A DNA stretch of 63,870 nt, filler included, from Octopus bimaculoides (Eukaryota), in assembly GCF_001194135.2 (NCBI RefSeq). It is 6 parts of 5 records of this genome, joined end to end, with 100 filler letters (N's around TTAATTAATTAA, not from the genome) between each part and the next. Parts side by side here need not be neighbours in the genome. Positions count along the whole stretch, not along the records: positions 12,240 to 42,705 come from NC_068993.1; 5 more parts are not named here. One strand, written 5' to 3'. Below, piece after piece: positions 12,240-24,657 of the stretch. The notes below the pieces were generated by a model. That model saw only the letters and a program-made list of their open reading frames with translations. It did not search any database and was not told where the DNA came from. Made by a program: the position numbers and the translations under genes. Position 1 is the first letter of the stretch, and every line of letters starts with the position of its first letter.

Positions 12240-12698
12240 TGTGTGTGTATATATGTATGTATGTATGTATGTATCTATGTATCTATGTATGCATGTATGC
12301 ATGCATCTGCGTAACTATATACGAATGTATGTATGTATGTACGTATGAATCTATGCATATATGGATGTTTCTATATGTGCAGATATTGCGATGTATGTGT
12401 GTGTAGGTGAGAGGGATAGAGGAAAATACACACTAAGAGAGTGTATTTTTGTGTATATATACGTGCCTTTGAGTGTAAATGTATATATGCATGTATGTAT
12501 GTATGTATGCAAGTATCTGCCAATGTAATTAACAAGACAGTGTAATGTATAATCCTGCCATAAAGACAGCATCAATACCGCATCACCCCAGGTACAATCC
12601 GTGACTGTCTTCCGTTCATATGAGCATTCAACCATGTAAACCAGCAGTGGAACCAGAACTTCACTATATAAATAAATGTATGTGCATGTGCGTTTACA

Positions 12699-12737
<39 letters not shown>

Positions 12738-12739
12738 GT

Positions 12740-12777
<38 letters not shown>

Positions 12778-14204
12778 NNNNNNNNNNNNNNNNNNNNNNN
12801 NNNNNNNNNNNNNNNNNNNNNNNNNNNNNNNNNNNNNNNNNNNNNNNNNNNNNNNNNNNNNNNNNNNNNNNNNNNNNNNNNNNNNNNNNNNNNNNNNNNN
12901 NNNNNNNNNNNNNNNNNNNNNNNNNNNNNNNNNNNNNNNNNNNNNNNNNNNNNNNNNNNNNNNNNNNNNNNNNNNNNNNNNNNNNNNNNNNNNNNNNNNN
13001 NNNNNNNNNNNNNNNNNNNNNNNNNNNNNNNNNNNNNNNNNNNNNNNNNNNNNNNNNNNNNNNNNNNNNNNNNNNNNNNNNNNNNNNNNNNNNNNNNNNN
13101 NNNNNNNNNNNNNNNNNNNNNNNNNNNNNNNNNNNNNNNNNNNNNNNNNNNNNNNNNNNNNNNNNNNNNNNNNNNNNNNNNNNNNNNNNNNNNNNNNNNN
13201 NNNNNNNNNNNNNNNNNNNNNNNNNNNNNNNNNNNNNNNNNNNNNNNNNNNNNNNNNNNNNNNNNNNNNNNNNNNNNNNNNNNNNNNNNNNNNNNNNNNN
13301 NNNNNNNNNNNNNNNNNNNNNNNNNNNNNNNNNNNNNNNNNNNNNNNNNNNNNNNNNNNNNNNNNNNNNNNNNNNNNNNNNNNNNNNNNNNNNNNNNNNN
13401 NNNNNNNNNNNNNNNNNNNNNNNNNNNNNNNNNNNNNNNNNNNNNNNNNNNNNNNNNNNNNNNNNNNNNNNNNNNNNNNNNNNNNNNNNNNNNNNNNNNN
13501 NNNNNNATATATATATTCTCAATTGTTTCAGAACGGATATAGGAACATAGGAGGTTCAGTTTAGCGTTTGATAATTTAAGTGTTGTTAAAACAATTCCAA
13601 GCCCTGTATGTGGCTGAGTTCATTCCACTTGATTATCTGATGAATATTAGTTCGGGTTAATTGATCCAAACTATAAATGCTTTGGTTCATAGGCAACCAC
13701 TGTAAGGCAAGGCAATCTCTCTCCTCACACTAACACTCACGATCTTGGTGTTTTATATATGTGTGTTTACAGGTATACGTGTTTTGCATATGTATGTATA
13801 AAATATGTAATATAGTATAATATAATATAATATATAAATCGATAACGTGTTGTGTCATATCGGTGTTAGACGCAATTAAGCGGAGAAAAATGCACAATAC
13901 TGATATTACGAATGGAATGGTAATTATTATATTTCATCAAAGTTGAACCAGTGTGAGTCGCTCCTTGGAATTCCTTAAATGACTGTAAAGCTAAGAGCTG
14001 CATCTCGAGCGCGCACCCTATACATACATCCATACACACACATACATACACACACACAAGCACACATATACAAAAAACTTACATGTACATATTTATGAAT
14101 ATATATGTGTAATTTTGTCAGATCGAACAGACCTATGATAAAATGCGTTCCAGTTGTGTCCATCAAGTCTGTTCGTCTATCCAAGGTTAGGTAGTCCAGT
14201 ATAA

Positions 14205-14494
14205 TACCGTTCTATATTTAAGAGATGAGGAATTATGTTCATTATTTACATTATTTACATTCGATGAATATTTGTCCTCATCTTGTTTGTTGTTAACACA
14301 ACGTTTTGGCTGATATACCTTGCAGCCTTCTTCAGGAATCTTGTAGAAATTTCGAACCTGGGTTCTCATTCGTAAGGCATTTTTCGATGTTGTTGTTGTT
14401 ATTATTATTATCATTATTATTGTTCAGGTCACGGCTTGGAATCGAACTCAGAATCTTGGGGTTAGTAGCCCGCGCTCTTAACCACTACGCCATA
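14205..14494 (-). mobile_element. tRNA-headed SINE-like element with a hammerhead-like motif in its body
   Basis: Minus strand: TGGCGTAGTGGTT (A box)...GAGTTCGATTCC (B box), then an (AAT/AAC)n linker, then CTGAAGA-A-GGCTG-loop-CAGCC-AAAAC-GTT-GTGTT. Confidence 0.8.
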
Positions 14495-14498
14495 TGCA

Positions 14499-14650
14499 TA
14501 ACATCGAAAAATACCTTATAAATAAGAACTTAGCTTCGAAATTTCCCCCAAGACACCTGAAGAAGGCTGGAGGGTATATCAGCCGAAACGTTTTGTTAAC
14601 AACAAACAAGATGAGGACAAATATCGAATGTAAATAATGTAAATAATGTA
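14499..14650 (+). mobile_element. Headless inverted second copy of the same element body
   Basis: Reverse complement of ~14238-14392, roughly 80% identical by eye. Confidence 0.85.
14552..14597 (+). ncRNA. Minimal type I hammerhead ribozyme motif (Penelope-type, dimer-dependent)
   Basis: GACAC (stem I)-CTGAAGA (14557-63)-A-GGCTG/CAGCC (stem II)-GAAAC (14585-89)-GTT-TTGTT. The core is intact; stem I has one mismatch. Confidence 0.7.
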
Positions 14651-14984
14651 GATAGCGTATAGTCCAGTATGTTTTGTTTCTTTTTAAGATGATTGAATGT
14701 GATTTGAGAGATATTTGCCTGTTATTTTTAGAAGGTTGATCTATATAAAGGAAGCCATCGTCGACTCACCAGTAATGCGTGTTGTCTCCGTTGGTCCGTT
14801 TGCATTTGATTGAAATAGACCTTGAACTTAGAACGTTGTTTGAGCCCAATCTCAGTATATCTAGGCTACCATTTAAGCCTTGTTCAAAATTGCATTTATT
14901 CATTTCAACATTCTAGTACTGCGATTATCATTAAAGAAATATATACGAAGTTCAGTTAACTTGACTATAATAGGCGCAGTAAGG

Positions 14985-15190
14985 TGGAGAGCTGGCAGAA
15001 TCATTAGAATGCTGGACAAAATGCTTAGCGGCATTTCGTCTGTCTTCACCTTCTGAGTTCAAATTCCGCCGAGGTCGACATTACTCTTCTTCCCTTTGGA
15101 GTCGATTAAATAAGCAGCAATTTCACACTGGAGTCAATGTAATAGACTTACCTTCTCGCCAAAACTGTTGGCCTTGTGCCAAAATATGAA
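14985..15190 (+). mobile_element. SINE family C, near full length; further + copies at ~17030-17210, 17945-18160 and 20075-20290
   Basis: gagctggcagaatcattag head, ctgagttcaaattccgccgaggtcgac core, ggccttgtgccaaaa tail. Confidence 0.85.
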
Positions 15191-15334
15191 ACCAGTATAA
15201 TAGTCACAGTAATGCCAAATGTATATGAAGTTCGACTCTTAGTCACGAGATTCCGGGTTCGTTCCTGTGTCGTGGAATCTTGAGCAAATATTAATTTTCA
15301 ATAACTTCGAGTAAAACTGGGTAGACAGAAAGTG

Positions 15335-16340
15335 CTGTATTTACCGGCGTAGACCTCTCACTTTTTTGTTTTAATTTTAAAATGTATCAAAAACATTACC
15401 CTGCATCTGATGCGGTTATATTATGGTTAGGAAACCGTATGTTGTAGACTAGGGGACCTGAAGAGGCATAAATCCGAAAGACACAATAATTATTACTCAT
15501 TATGAAATAATGAAAGCAAACCAAAATATCAGTTTGTTGGTAGTTATGTGGAACTAACTTGTTAAAGAACTATATGTTTCTTTTCCTTTTGCTGAAAGGA
15601 TTTAATTTCTGATGTTTTTATTAGCTACATTAGCAATTAGATTTGACACTTTTTATTTCATTAAAGCGCTTGGTAATATTTTGATGCAAGACTTTTGTCA
15701 CTGCTGCGTACAGAAGTCCTGGATTTTGTCTTCTTACTCTGAGAAACACGAAATTTATGGCTACCAATATATCTTATACTTCTATCCTCAGCATATATAA
15801 CTAAACACATGTTATGTACTTTATGTTATTTAATGACTGCGTTACCTTTAAGGAATTTTTTTTTCATCCAAACGAAAATCCTCTAAGAAAGGTGAAAGGA
15901 ATTTTAAACTTTCATCAAGCTATTTGCAATAAGTAGATGCTAACAATATCATAGCCGAGGTGTGCAACGGTAATATGCAACATCATAAACAAAAATACGA
16001 TTTTTGCATCCTGTATAGCAATTCTCGCGATCAAATTATTAATGCTATACACATGATCGGCGAGGAGATAAAATTGAAATACATCACTCGTCAAACGTCG
16101 TTTATATATTACAAATTTATGATTTCACTTTATGCCAGTATAACGTCACAATATTGTTTTCACGTGCACAGAATCACGCATTTTCCCCAGCAAAACCACT
16201 TTAAAATATTCTTCCATGAGTGTATGATGTAACATACTGGATTTGTTTCTTTCCACAAAACATTGTCGTAAACTAGAGGTGCGTCTTATGCAACAGTGAA
16301 TCTTACGCGAGAGTGCCTCTTACACGCCGGCAAATAACGG
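15335..16340. mobile_element. Possible non-autonomous pogo/Tigger-like DNA element
   Basis: Imperfect TIRs ctgtatttaccggcgta (15335) and tacacgccggcaaataacgg followed by ta (16321-16342). No transposase visible. Confidence 0.5.
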
Positions 16341-16393
16341 TATATGAGACCCCGTCGGGTGGATTGTACTTGTAATTCAAATTTACAGCCTTG

Positions 16394-16430
<37 letters not shown>

Positions 16431-17203
16431 GTCACGCTGACTCTGTCTGAGAATTGCGTTAAATATATAAACGTCTCGGATGTTCAGCCACTTATACGTT
16501 AATTCGGAAACAGGTAATTCAGTTGATCAAATAGCTGAATTCTCATCGTCGAACGGCGAAGTTCCACCACCACCGTAACCACCACCAACACCACTGCTAC
16601 CACCACGACCACCACGGCAACCACCACTGCAACTACCACTATCGCCGCCACTATAATATAAAGGTGAAGCAGTTGATTCGATTACATACAGAACTGCAGG
16701 CAATTTTCATAGAAACTTCGAATTTGCCGAAAAGACTTCTTTCATTCTACATCACCTCACTTGATTTGCTGGGTACAAGACAGTAAATCTCTTCTATCTC
16801 ATTTTTGCTGTCTTATACCCTAGTAAATGAAGTGAGGTAATGTATAAATGAAAGACAGTCTACGGGGATATTTTTCCTCTTATTCGTTTAATACAGTGGA
16901 AACTGGTGTTTGACTCCGGATATAGTTTCGTGATGTTTTACAATTTAGTGGGAAATGGTGTTTATAACTGAAAGCGAAATGTCATTATTTAGAAAACAAT
17001 TTCTTACACCTGCACACGGTCACACATTTGGAAGAAAGGTTATCGTCCATTTAATCGACTCTAAACATGTCGAAGGCGGCGAAATGGCAGAGACGTTAAA
17101 GTATTGCGATAATCGAAGTTCAAATCACGCCGCTTATATCAAGTTCTTCTTTCACCCTTCCAGGGTCTAATAAAGTATCGGTGAAGTTCTGGGATCGATT
17201 CCA

Positions 17204-17211
<8 letters not shown>

Positions 17212-17295
<84 letters not shown>
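17212..17295. repeat. (CT)n microsatellite
   Basis: Direct inspection. Confidence 0.95.
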
Positions 17296-17297
<2 letters not shown>

Positions 17298-17594
17298 AAT
17301 CTTTCAATCTCCGAATCGGTTATTCTGCGCTATGAGAGTTGATCGTGGAGACCACGCACAGAGCACCTCTCTACAATTAAAACTGATATGCTATTTCTGA
17401 AACTGTCGAAAGATGCCGATCTGTGGTATGCAGTACGAAATAGAAACAAAGAAGATTACATGACCGCTGAGTATTTCACTACCTCGTCAGTTTTGGGTTT
17501 TTCGCCCTCGTTTAAATATGATAATGGAGACGAAAAGAGAAATACCTGGCAAAAACAACAACTTCGTGCACAATCTGTAGGATGATAGGACTGG

Positions 17595-17945
17595 CTTTTA
17601 TCCTTTACTTGTTTCAGTCTTTGATTGCGGCCATGCTGGGACACCACCTTCAAAGGTTTTAATCGAACTAATCGACCCCAGAATTGATATTTTAAGCCAG
17701 GTTCTTATTCTGTCAATCTGTTTTGGATGACTAAATTTCAGGGACGTAAACAAACCAATACAGGTTGTCAAGCGGTGGTGGGTGCAAACACAAACACAAA
17801 GGCACACACTCAAAAATATATAAACATGTGTGTGTGTGTATGTATGTATGTATGTATGTATGTATGTGTGGATGGATGGATGGAGACGACGGGCTTCTTT
17901 CAGTTTCCATCTACCAGAACCGCACACAAAGCTTTAATGGGCCTG
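17595..17945 (-). mobile_element. SINE family B body and tail with internal (TG)/(TATG)n; other copies or fragments at ~3060-3150(-), 36165-36310(-), 44660-44960(+), 57735-58095(+), 58250-58335(-) and 62330-62480(-)
   Basis: Shared ggttccgggttcagtcccactgc-tggcaccttgggcaagtgtcttctactatag...aaagccttgtgagtggatttggtagac-gaaactgaaagaag motif. Confidence 0.8.
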
Positions 17946-19231
17946 GGTGGTGAGCTGGCAGAAACATTAGCACGCCAGGCGAAATTCTTAGCGGTATTTC
18001 GCCTGCCGTTACGTTCTGAGTTCAAATTCCGCCGAGGTCGACTTTGCCTTTCATTCTTTCAGGGTCGATAAATTAAATACAAGTTGCGTAGTGGGGTCGA
18101 TCTCATCGACTGGCACCCTCCCCAAAAATTTCGAGCTTTGTGCCTAGATTAGAAACGAATATAGTATAAGACACTCACCCAAGGTGTCACGCAGAGAGAC
18201 TAAACCCAGAATCATGCAGTTGGGAAGCTATCTTTTTACCACACAGTCCCGCCCGCGCTTTCAATTAACATCACTGTAAAATAATGATATTAAAAAAATA
18301 TTGATGAATACCAGAGCAAGAATTACTTTGACTTAGTCAAATTTCATGTTTTGTTGCTTTTGTCTCATATGAATAACTTATGGCAACTGTTTATACTATT
18401 GGTCCAGTAACCATTTCATGTATACTCACAAACGAAGCATAAGTCAAATTGCCATCAGACAGATTCAGACAGATATGCGCGGTACACGCACGCACACATA
18501 TGACATGTCATACAAATGAAAAAGCTGTTATTCGGTTCATGACCAAAAAGAGAATACGTAGTTTCAATTTGGTGCATAAAAATTACGTAAAATGGAGCCA
18601 GCGATTCTCTGTTTCATATGAAACAAATTAAAAAATCAACTTCTATTCATTGGCAATGATAATAAGCTAAATAAAGGGTGGGAATCAATTCTTCAGTTAT
18701 CATGAACAAAGCAGGGAAGACATAAAGTGACATGAATGGAATACATTTCTATACGACGTATATATATTATACAGCGATGTCCCTGCCTAATAATTGAAAC
18801 ACCCACAACATTCATATGTATTGAAAAATACATAATCAAAATTTTAGAACTCATACATACAACATATAACATACAAAAAATAACATTTATATTCTGCAAG
18901 CCTTTTACATACAATTTCAAAATGTCACTGAACATTCCCAAGGGACAGAGACACGGTTTTTTTGTGTGCCGTAAATCGCACACTGAAAGACTACACTCAA
19001 TAAGATTATTGAATAATAAAATTTATATAGATATCGGTTTGTTACGTTGTTAGTATAGGTAAGGTATATTTGACGAAAGCTGCCTAGCAGCTTCTGATAT
19101 CTGCTTAAAAGTACAGAGTGTGACTGGAGTTAAAGCAACGCAGCTTCGTAGACATTTGTGATTCGAAGACCGGTAGGATTTAGGTTTACCTATCCATATC
19201 TTCCTCCGGAATAGACTTTATTACAGTTGTG

Positions 19232-19265
<34 letters not shown>

Positions 19266-19682
19266 AGTCATTTCAATAAGGGAGATACTCCACAGCATAA
19301 CAATGCATTCAACACTGACCAATGGATTTTACCATCAGTCTATATCCGTGGCAAGACCAACGGCTTCATTAAATCTATGTATAGCATCTGGCCCAGATTA
19401 TCAATAACTTGCGAAATATATGTCTTGCGCAAAGCTGCTCGAAAAGAATAAAGCTGCGTAGCCTTTATAGTTGTGCTTTTTAAAAGCGATTAGTTCCATA
19501 TTTGATCTTCTCGAAGAATATTCATTCAAAATCAAGTCTGCTATGGAATTGTTCCCTCATTAGACTTGAATTTCTAGTATAAGCCAGATTTCACGCGTGT
19601 GTGTGTATGTTCGAAAGCAGTAAACGAATTACGTATGGATGGCCTTCTCGTGCTGTTTCTAAATCACTATACGTTTATAGTG

Positions 19683-20005
19683 AAGGCACGTGGCTTAGTA
19701 GTTCAGGTATTCGGTGCACGATCGGATGGTCGTGAGTTCAATTCCCAGCGATGCGTTGTGTCCTTAAGCAAAACACTTCATTTCATCTTGTTCCAGTTTA
19801 CTCAGATGGTAAAAATGAGTTGAACAGAAATTCAAAATGGGCCAACCTTGTCACACTCTGGGTCACGCTGAATCTCCCTGAGAACTGTGTTAAGGGCACA
19901 CATGTTTGTGGAATGCTAAGCCACGTGCACGTTAATTTCACGAACAGGTTCTTCCGTTGATCGGATCAGTTGGAACACTCGTCGTCGTAACCGACGGAGT
20001 ACCAG
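19683..20005 (+). mobile_element. SINE with family F head and CORE-like centre joined to the family A tail
   Basis: Head gcacgtggcttagtagtt...gagttcaattccc; centre ttgtgtccttaagcaaaacacttcatttca; tail matches 9290-9466. Confidence 0.75.
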
Positions 20006-20877
20006 TTAATACGTTTATTAATATATTACGTCACGGCCAACATTGTGTGAGGGAAGAAAGCCTTTCAATACACAGGCAGATGAGGACGGTTGGCAGATTC
20101 GCAAGAGCGTCGAACAAAATACATTAAGATACTTAGTTACAAATCTTTACGTTCTGGGTTCACATCTCACCGAGGTCAACATCACATTTCATCCTTCGAA
20201 GGTCGATAAAATAAAGTACTACTGAAGAAGTGGGTTCGATTTAATCGACTCTATGCTCCTCCCTCAAAATTTTTGTCCTGTACGTTTGTAAGATAATAAA
20301 TACATAAACAATATAATGCAGGTTGCTGAGAAATCCAATGGTTTTGTAATTAGCAGTTAATTATATATATTCTTTGATGATCTTACTTAAAAACTCAATT
20401 CAATGGCCACAATCTGCTACAGTCTCTTAACAAGCCAACAACTGAATCTCATTGTGGTCGTTCAACTTGACAGAAATAAATACCAGATTTACTTTCATAG
20501 TATGTTGTCCGTGGGTGAATGTTAGTCAAGCAGTAGAGAGAGAGAGAGAGAGTGAGAGAGAGAGAGAGTGAGAGAGAGAGAGAGTGAGAAAGAGAGAGAG
20601 ACTTTCTCTTATCACTCATTTTCAAATTATCTTCAGCCTAATACTTTCTTTTATTTATTTGTTTATTACATTCTTTGCAATACTATATCTTCACAAGTTA
20701 AGTTACATCAAAGAACATTCTCTTTTTTTTTTTTAGCGCATGAATCATTACTTATCATTTCGATTTCTATCCCTCCTCCTCTATCTCCCTTTCTCTCACT
20801 CTCTCCGTTTCTCTCTCATACATACATACATACATACATACATACATACATGCATATATATATATATGTATATATAT

Positions 20878-20910
<33 letters not shown>

Positions 20911-22489
20911 TACATACGTATATATATATATATACACATATATNNNNNNNNNNNNNNNNNNNNNNNNNNNNNNNNNNNNNNNNNNNNNNNNNNNNNNNNN
21001 NNNNNNNNNNNNNNNNNNNNNNNNNNNNNNNNNNNNNNNNNNNNNNNNNNNNNNNNNNNNNNNNNNNNNNNNNNNNNNNNNNNNNNNNNNNNNNNNNNNN
21101 NNNNNNNNNNNNNNNNNNNNNNNNNNNNNNNNNNNNNNNNNNNNNNNNNNNNNNNNNNNNNNNNNNNNNNNNNNNNNNNNNNNNNNNNNNNNNNNNNNNN
21201 NNNNNNNNNNNNNNNNNNNNNNNNNNNNNNNNNNNNNNNNNNNNNNNNNNNNNNNNNNNNNNNNNNNNNNNNNNNNNNNNNNNNNNNNNNNNNNNNNNNN
21301 NNNNNNNNNNNNNNNNNNNNNNNNNNNNNNNNNNNNNNNNNNNNNNNNNNNNNNNNNNNNNNNNNNNNNNNNNNNNNNNNNNNNNNNNNNNNNNNNNNNN
21401 NNNNNNNNNNNNNNNNNNNNNNNNNNNNNNNNNNNNNNNNNNNNNNNNNNNNNNNNNNNNNNNNNNNNNNNNNNNNNNNNNNNNNNNNNNNNNNNNNNNN
21501 NNNNNNNNNNNNNNNNNNNNNNNNNNNNNNNNNNNNNNNNNNNNNNNNNNNNNNNNNNNNNNNNNNNNNNNNNNNNNNNNNNNNNNNNNNNNNNNNNNNN
21601 NNNNNNNNNNNNNNNNNNNNNNNNNNNNNNNNNNNNNNNNNNNNNNNNNNNNNNNNNNNNNNNNNNNNNNNNNNNNNNNNNNNNNNNNNNNNNNNNNNNN
21701 NNNNNNNNNNNNNNNNNNNNNNNNNNNNNNNNNNNNNNNNNNNNNNNNNNNNNNNNNNNNNNNNNNNNNNNNNNNNNNNNNNNNNNNNNNNNNNNNNNNN
21801 NNNNNNNNNNNNNNNNNNNNNNNNNNNNNNNNNNNNNNNNNNNNNNNNNNNNNNNNNNNNNNNNNNNNNNNNNNNNNNNNNNNNNNNNNNNNNNNNNNNN
21901 NNNNNNNNNNNNNNNNNNNNNNNNNNNNNNNAAAAAAAATCTATGTTAACTATTGAACGTCTTATAAAACGTGTTTTTTTTTTTTTTGTTATAAATTATT
22001 TTTTTTTTATATACAAGTAAGCAACAGTTTTTTTTCCTCATAAATTTTCTACATCTTTAACTTTAAAACAAAGTTGTTTTTTTAATGTTAAATGTAATGT
22101 AAATTTACAGGTTGTAACGCCAATGCAATGGAAAGTACATAAATTTAAATACATCTTGCTATTCTCTTTGCACACAAACGTGTAAAGGGAGTTGCTCCGA
22201 TGTGCTTCATGACTAGTTGGCTGCTCTTCAGCTTTTTTCCTTAACTTTCCTTGAGAAATCTATCAGTAAATGTTTTTATTCCTTTTTTTTATTCTCTCAT
22301 TTCAGTTATATGACCAAATCAAAAAGTCTGAGAACGATCGCAGTTGTGTGTTAGCAGTAAGGAGTAACGAATCAAGGTTAAAGCTCCACTGTATTTCAAT
22401 TTTCGGAATTACTCTTCTACTTTTGTCAAGGGATGGGTCAGTACTCATGATCTTTGGCAAGACTTCCAAGACTAGTATGAGTAAGGATG

Positions 22490-22880
22490 TTGTTGTTGGC
22501 ACTCCGTCGCTTACGACGACGAGGGTTCCAGTTGATCCAATCAACGGAACAGCCTGCTCGTGAAATTAACGTGCAAGTGGTTGAGCACTCCACAGACACG
22601 TGCACCCTTAATGTAGTTCTCGGGGAGATTCAGCGTGACACAGAGTGTGACAAGGCTGGCCCTTTGAAATACAGGCACAACAGAAACAGGAAGTAAGAGT
22701 GAGAGAATGTTGTGGTGAAAGAGTACAGCAGGGTTCGCCACCATCCCCTGCCGGAGCCTCGTGGTGCTTTAGGTGTTTTCGCTCAATAAACACTCACAAC
22801 GCCCGGTCTGGTAATCGAAACTGCGATCCTATAACCGCGAGTCCGCTGCCCTAACCACTAGGCCATTGCGCCTCCACTTA
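22490..22880 (-). mobile_element. Full-length SINE family A with 10-bp TSD
   Basis: Reverse complement of the 9085 copy. TSD agtaaggatg at 22480-22489 and 22881-22890. Confidence 0.9.
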
Positions 22881-23164
22881 AGTAAGGATGAAGTTATCTG
22901 AAAACTGCAAACTTGACGGGAATGCATTCATTAGTGGACATTGCTAAAAGCACCTAGGAGTCAGTCGGTGGTATTTTGTGGAGTAATCGATAAATCCTAA
23001 GATCGATCGATCCGATAGGTTTTTAAACAGTCTCCGTCTAACAACTTTCACTCAGAGGTTACGAAAAAATGCACCCGCCTATGATATGACGCAATAGCAA
23101 CGAACCCAAATCTACATATTTTAAAAAGAAATTTCATATCCACACAACAAAATAATCCTTTCAA

Positions 23165-23370
23165 CTATAAGAACAAGGCCTGAAATTTTGGGGGAAGGGG
23201 CTAGTCGGTTACATCGACCCCAGTGTTTCACTGGTACTTGATTTATCTACCTCGAAAGGATAAAAGGCAAAGTCGACCTCCGCAGACTTTGAACTCAGAA
23301 CGTAGCGACGTGTGACATGCTGCGAGGCATTTCGTTCAGCGTGCTAACGATTCTACCAGCTCGCTACCTT
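23165..23370 (-). mobile_element. SINE family C (minus strand)
   Basis: Reverse complement of the family C motifs; a partial second copy at ~23640-23730. Confidence 0.8.
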
Positions 23371-23879
23371 CACACAGCAAAATAATAGAGACATGACAAT
23401 TTTGCGTCCAGGTTTCCATAACTAGTAAGTGTGGTTAGTTTATGGAAGACAAGTCGCCAATACATGCAAGCATCTCACACTGTATTCCTTTGATAGTGTC
23501 CAAGCGAAATGGAAGGTTTAACACGGCTTGTCACCGATGAGATCGCAAGCGCTGCCGTCAGAACCCAATGGAGGCCAGAACAGGTAAGATAAGGCAATCA
23601 CGTCCAACTCTTTATAATTCCGTTTATCCACTGCCCCAAACGAATACCTGGGCAGTGATACTTAACCACCTAGGGGATGAAGGGTGAAGTTGGCCTCGGC
23701 CTAGGTCTGAACTCAGAACGCAGAAAGCCAACACTATTTTTATAATATCCAATAACTATTTGCAGAAAACTGTAACAGATCAGTACAGGAATCGATTATT
23801 AGTATCTAGACTGAGATCACTGGATAGATTCGTAGCAAGGCATCAGTCAACGCTCGGATTCCCAGGCAAGCATGACTGT

Positions 23880-23882
23880 AAT

Positions 23883-23940
<58 letters not shown>

Positions 23941-23986
23941 CGGCGGTGCTGGTGGTGGTAACAAAAACTCGGAAGAGGTGGCGACG

Positions 23987-24056
<70 letters not shown>

Positions 24057-24117
24057 CTGCGGCGGCGGCGGCGGTGCTGGTGGTAACAAAAAATCGGAAG
24101 CGGTGGCGATGGTGGCG

Positions 24118-24163
<46 letters not shown>

Positions 24164-24360
24164 CAAAAACAAGTCGGTAGCGGCGGCGGTGGTGGTGGTA
24201 GTGACGGTACCCGTGGAGGTAGTGATGGTAAAGTTGGTTGTCCTCGAAGTGGCAGCCACAACAACAATAACAACAACAACAATTACAGCAACTACAACAG
24301 CATCAACAGTTGTTGTTCTGGTTGTTATTGTTATTCTTGTTGCTGTTGTTGTGCTTGCAC
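23880..24360. repeat. Compound (GTA)n / (GGY)n / (AAC)n / (GTT)n repeat with a higher-order unit
   Basis: Three (GTA)n blocks separated by related spacers (gcggcggtgctggtggt-aacaaaaa-tcggaag-ggtggcga). Confidence 0.85.
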
Positions 24361-24624
24361 ATGTTGTTAATCTTGTATTGTAGCCCCGGGTCACTGCTGA
24401 TCCAGTAAACCAATGAACAAACTATTCAAGCTGTGATTAGCTTATCATGTCGTCAGACATACGTCATCAAGGACTACAATTTCCTATGTGTACTTTTTCA
24501 TTTCTGCCGGTCAGGTGTGATCTGTGGTGGAATTTGACTGCTATTTCTAGCAGGTCAAGTGACAACATATAGGTTGCCTCCTTCACTATCTAGAATTTAG
24601 TTCCTTTTCTTGTTGTTGATGCCG

Positions 24625-24657
<33 letters not shown>

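Noticed and set aside
15458-15485. CTGAAGA-GG...CC-GAAA hammerhead-like string
   Set aside because: Only a 2-bp stem II, and no compatible stem I, stem III or NUH site on either side.
17388-17585. 65-aa unique-looking ORF (MLFLKLSKDADLWYAV...)
   Set aside because: No recognisable domain and no convincing splice sites; length is within chance expectation.
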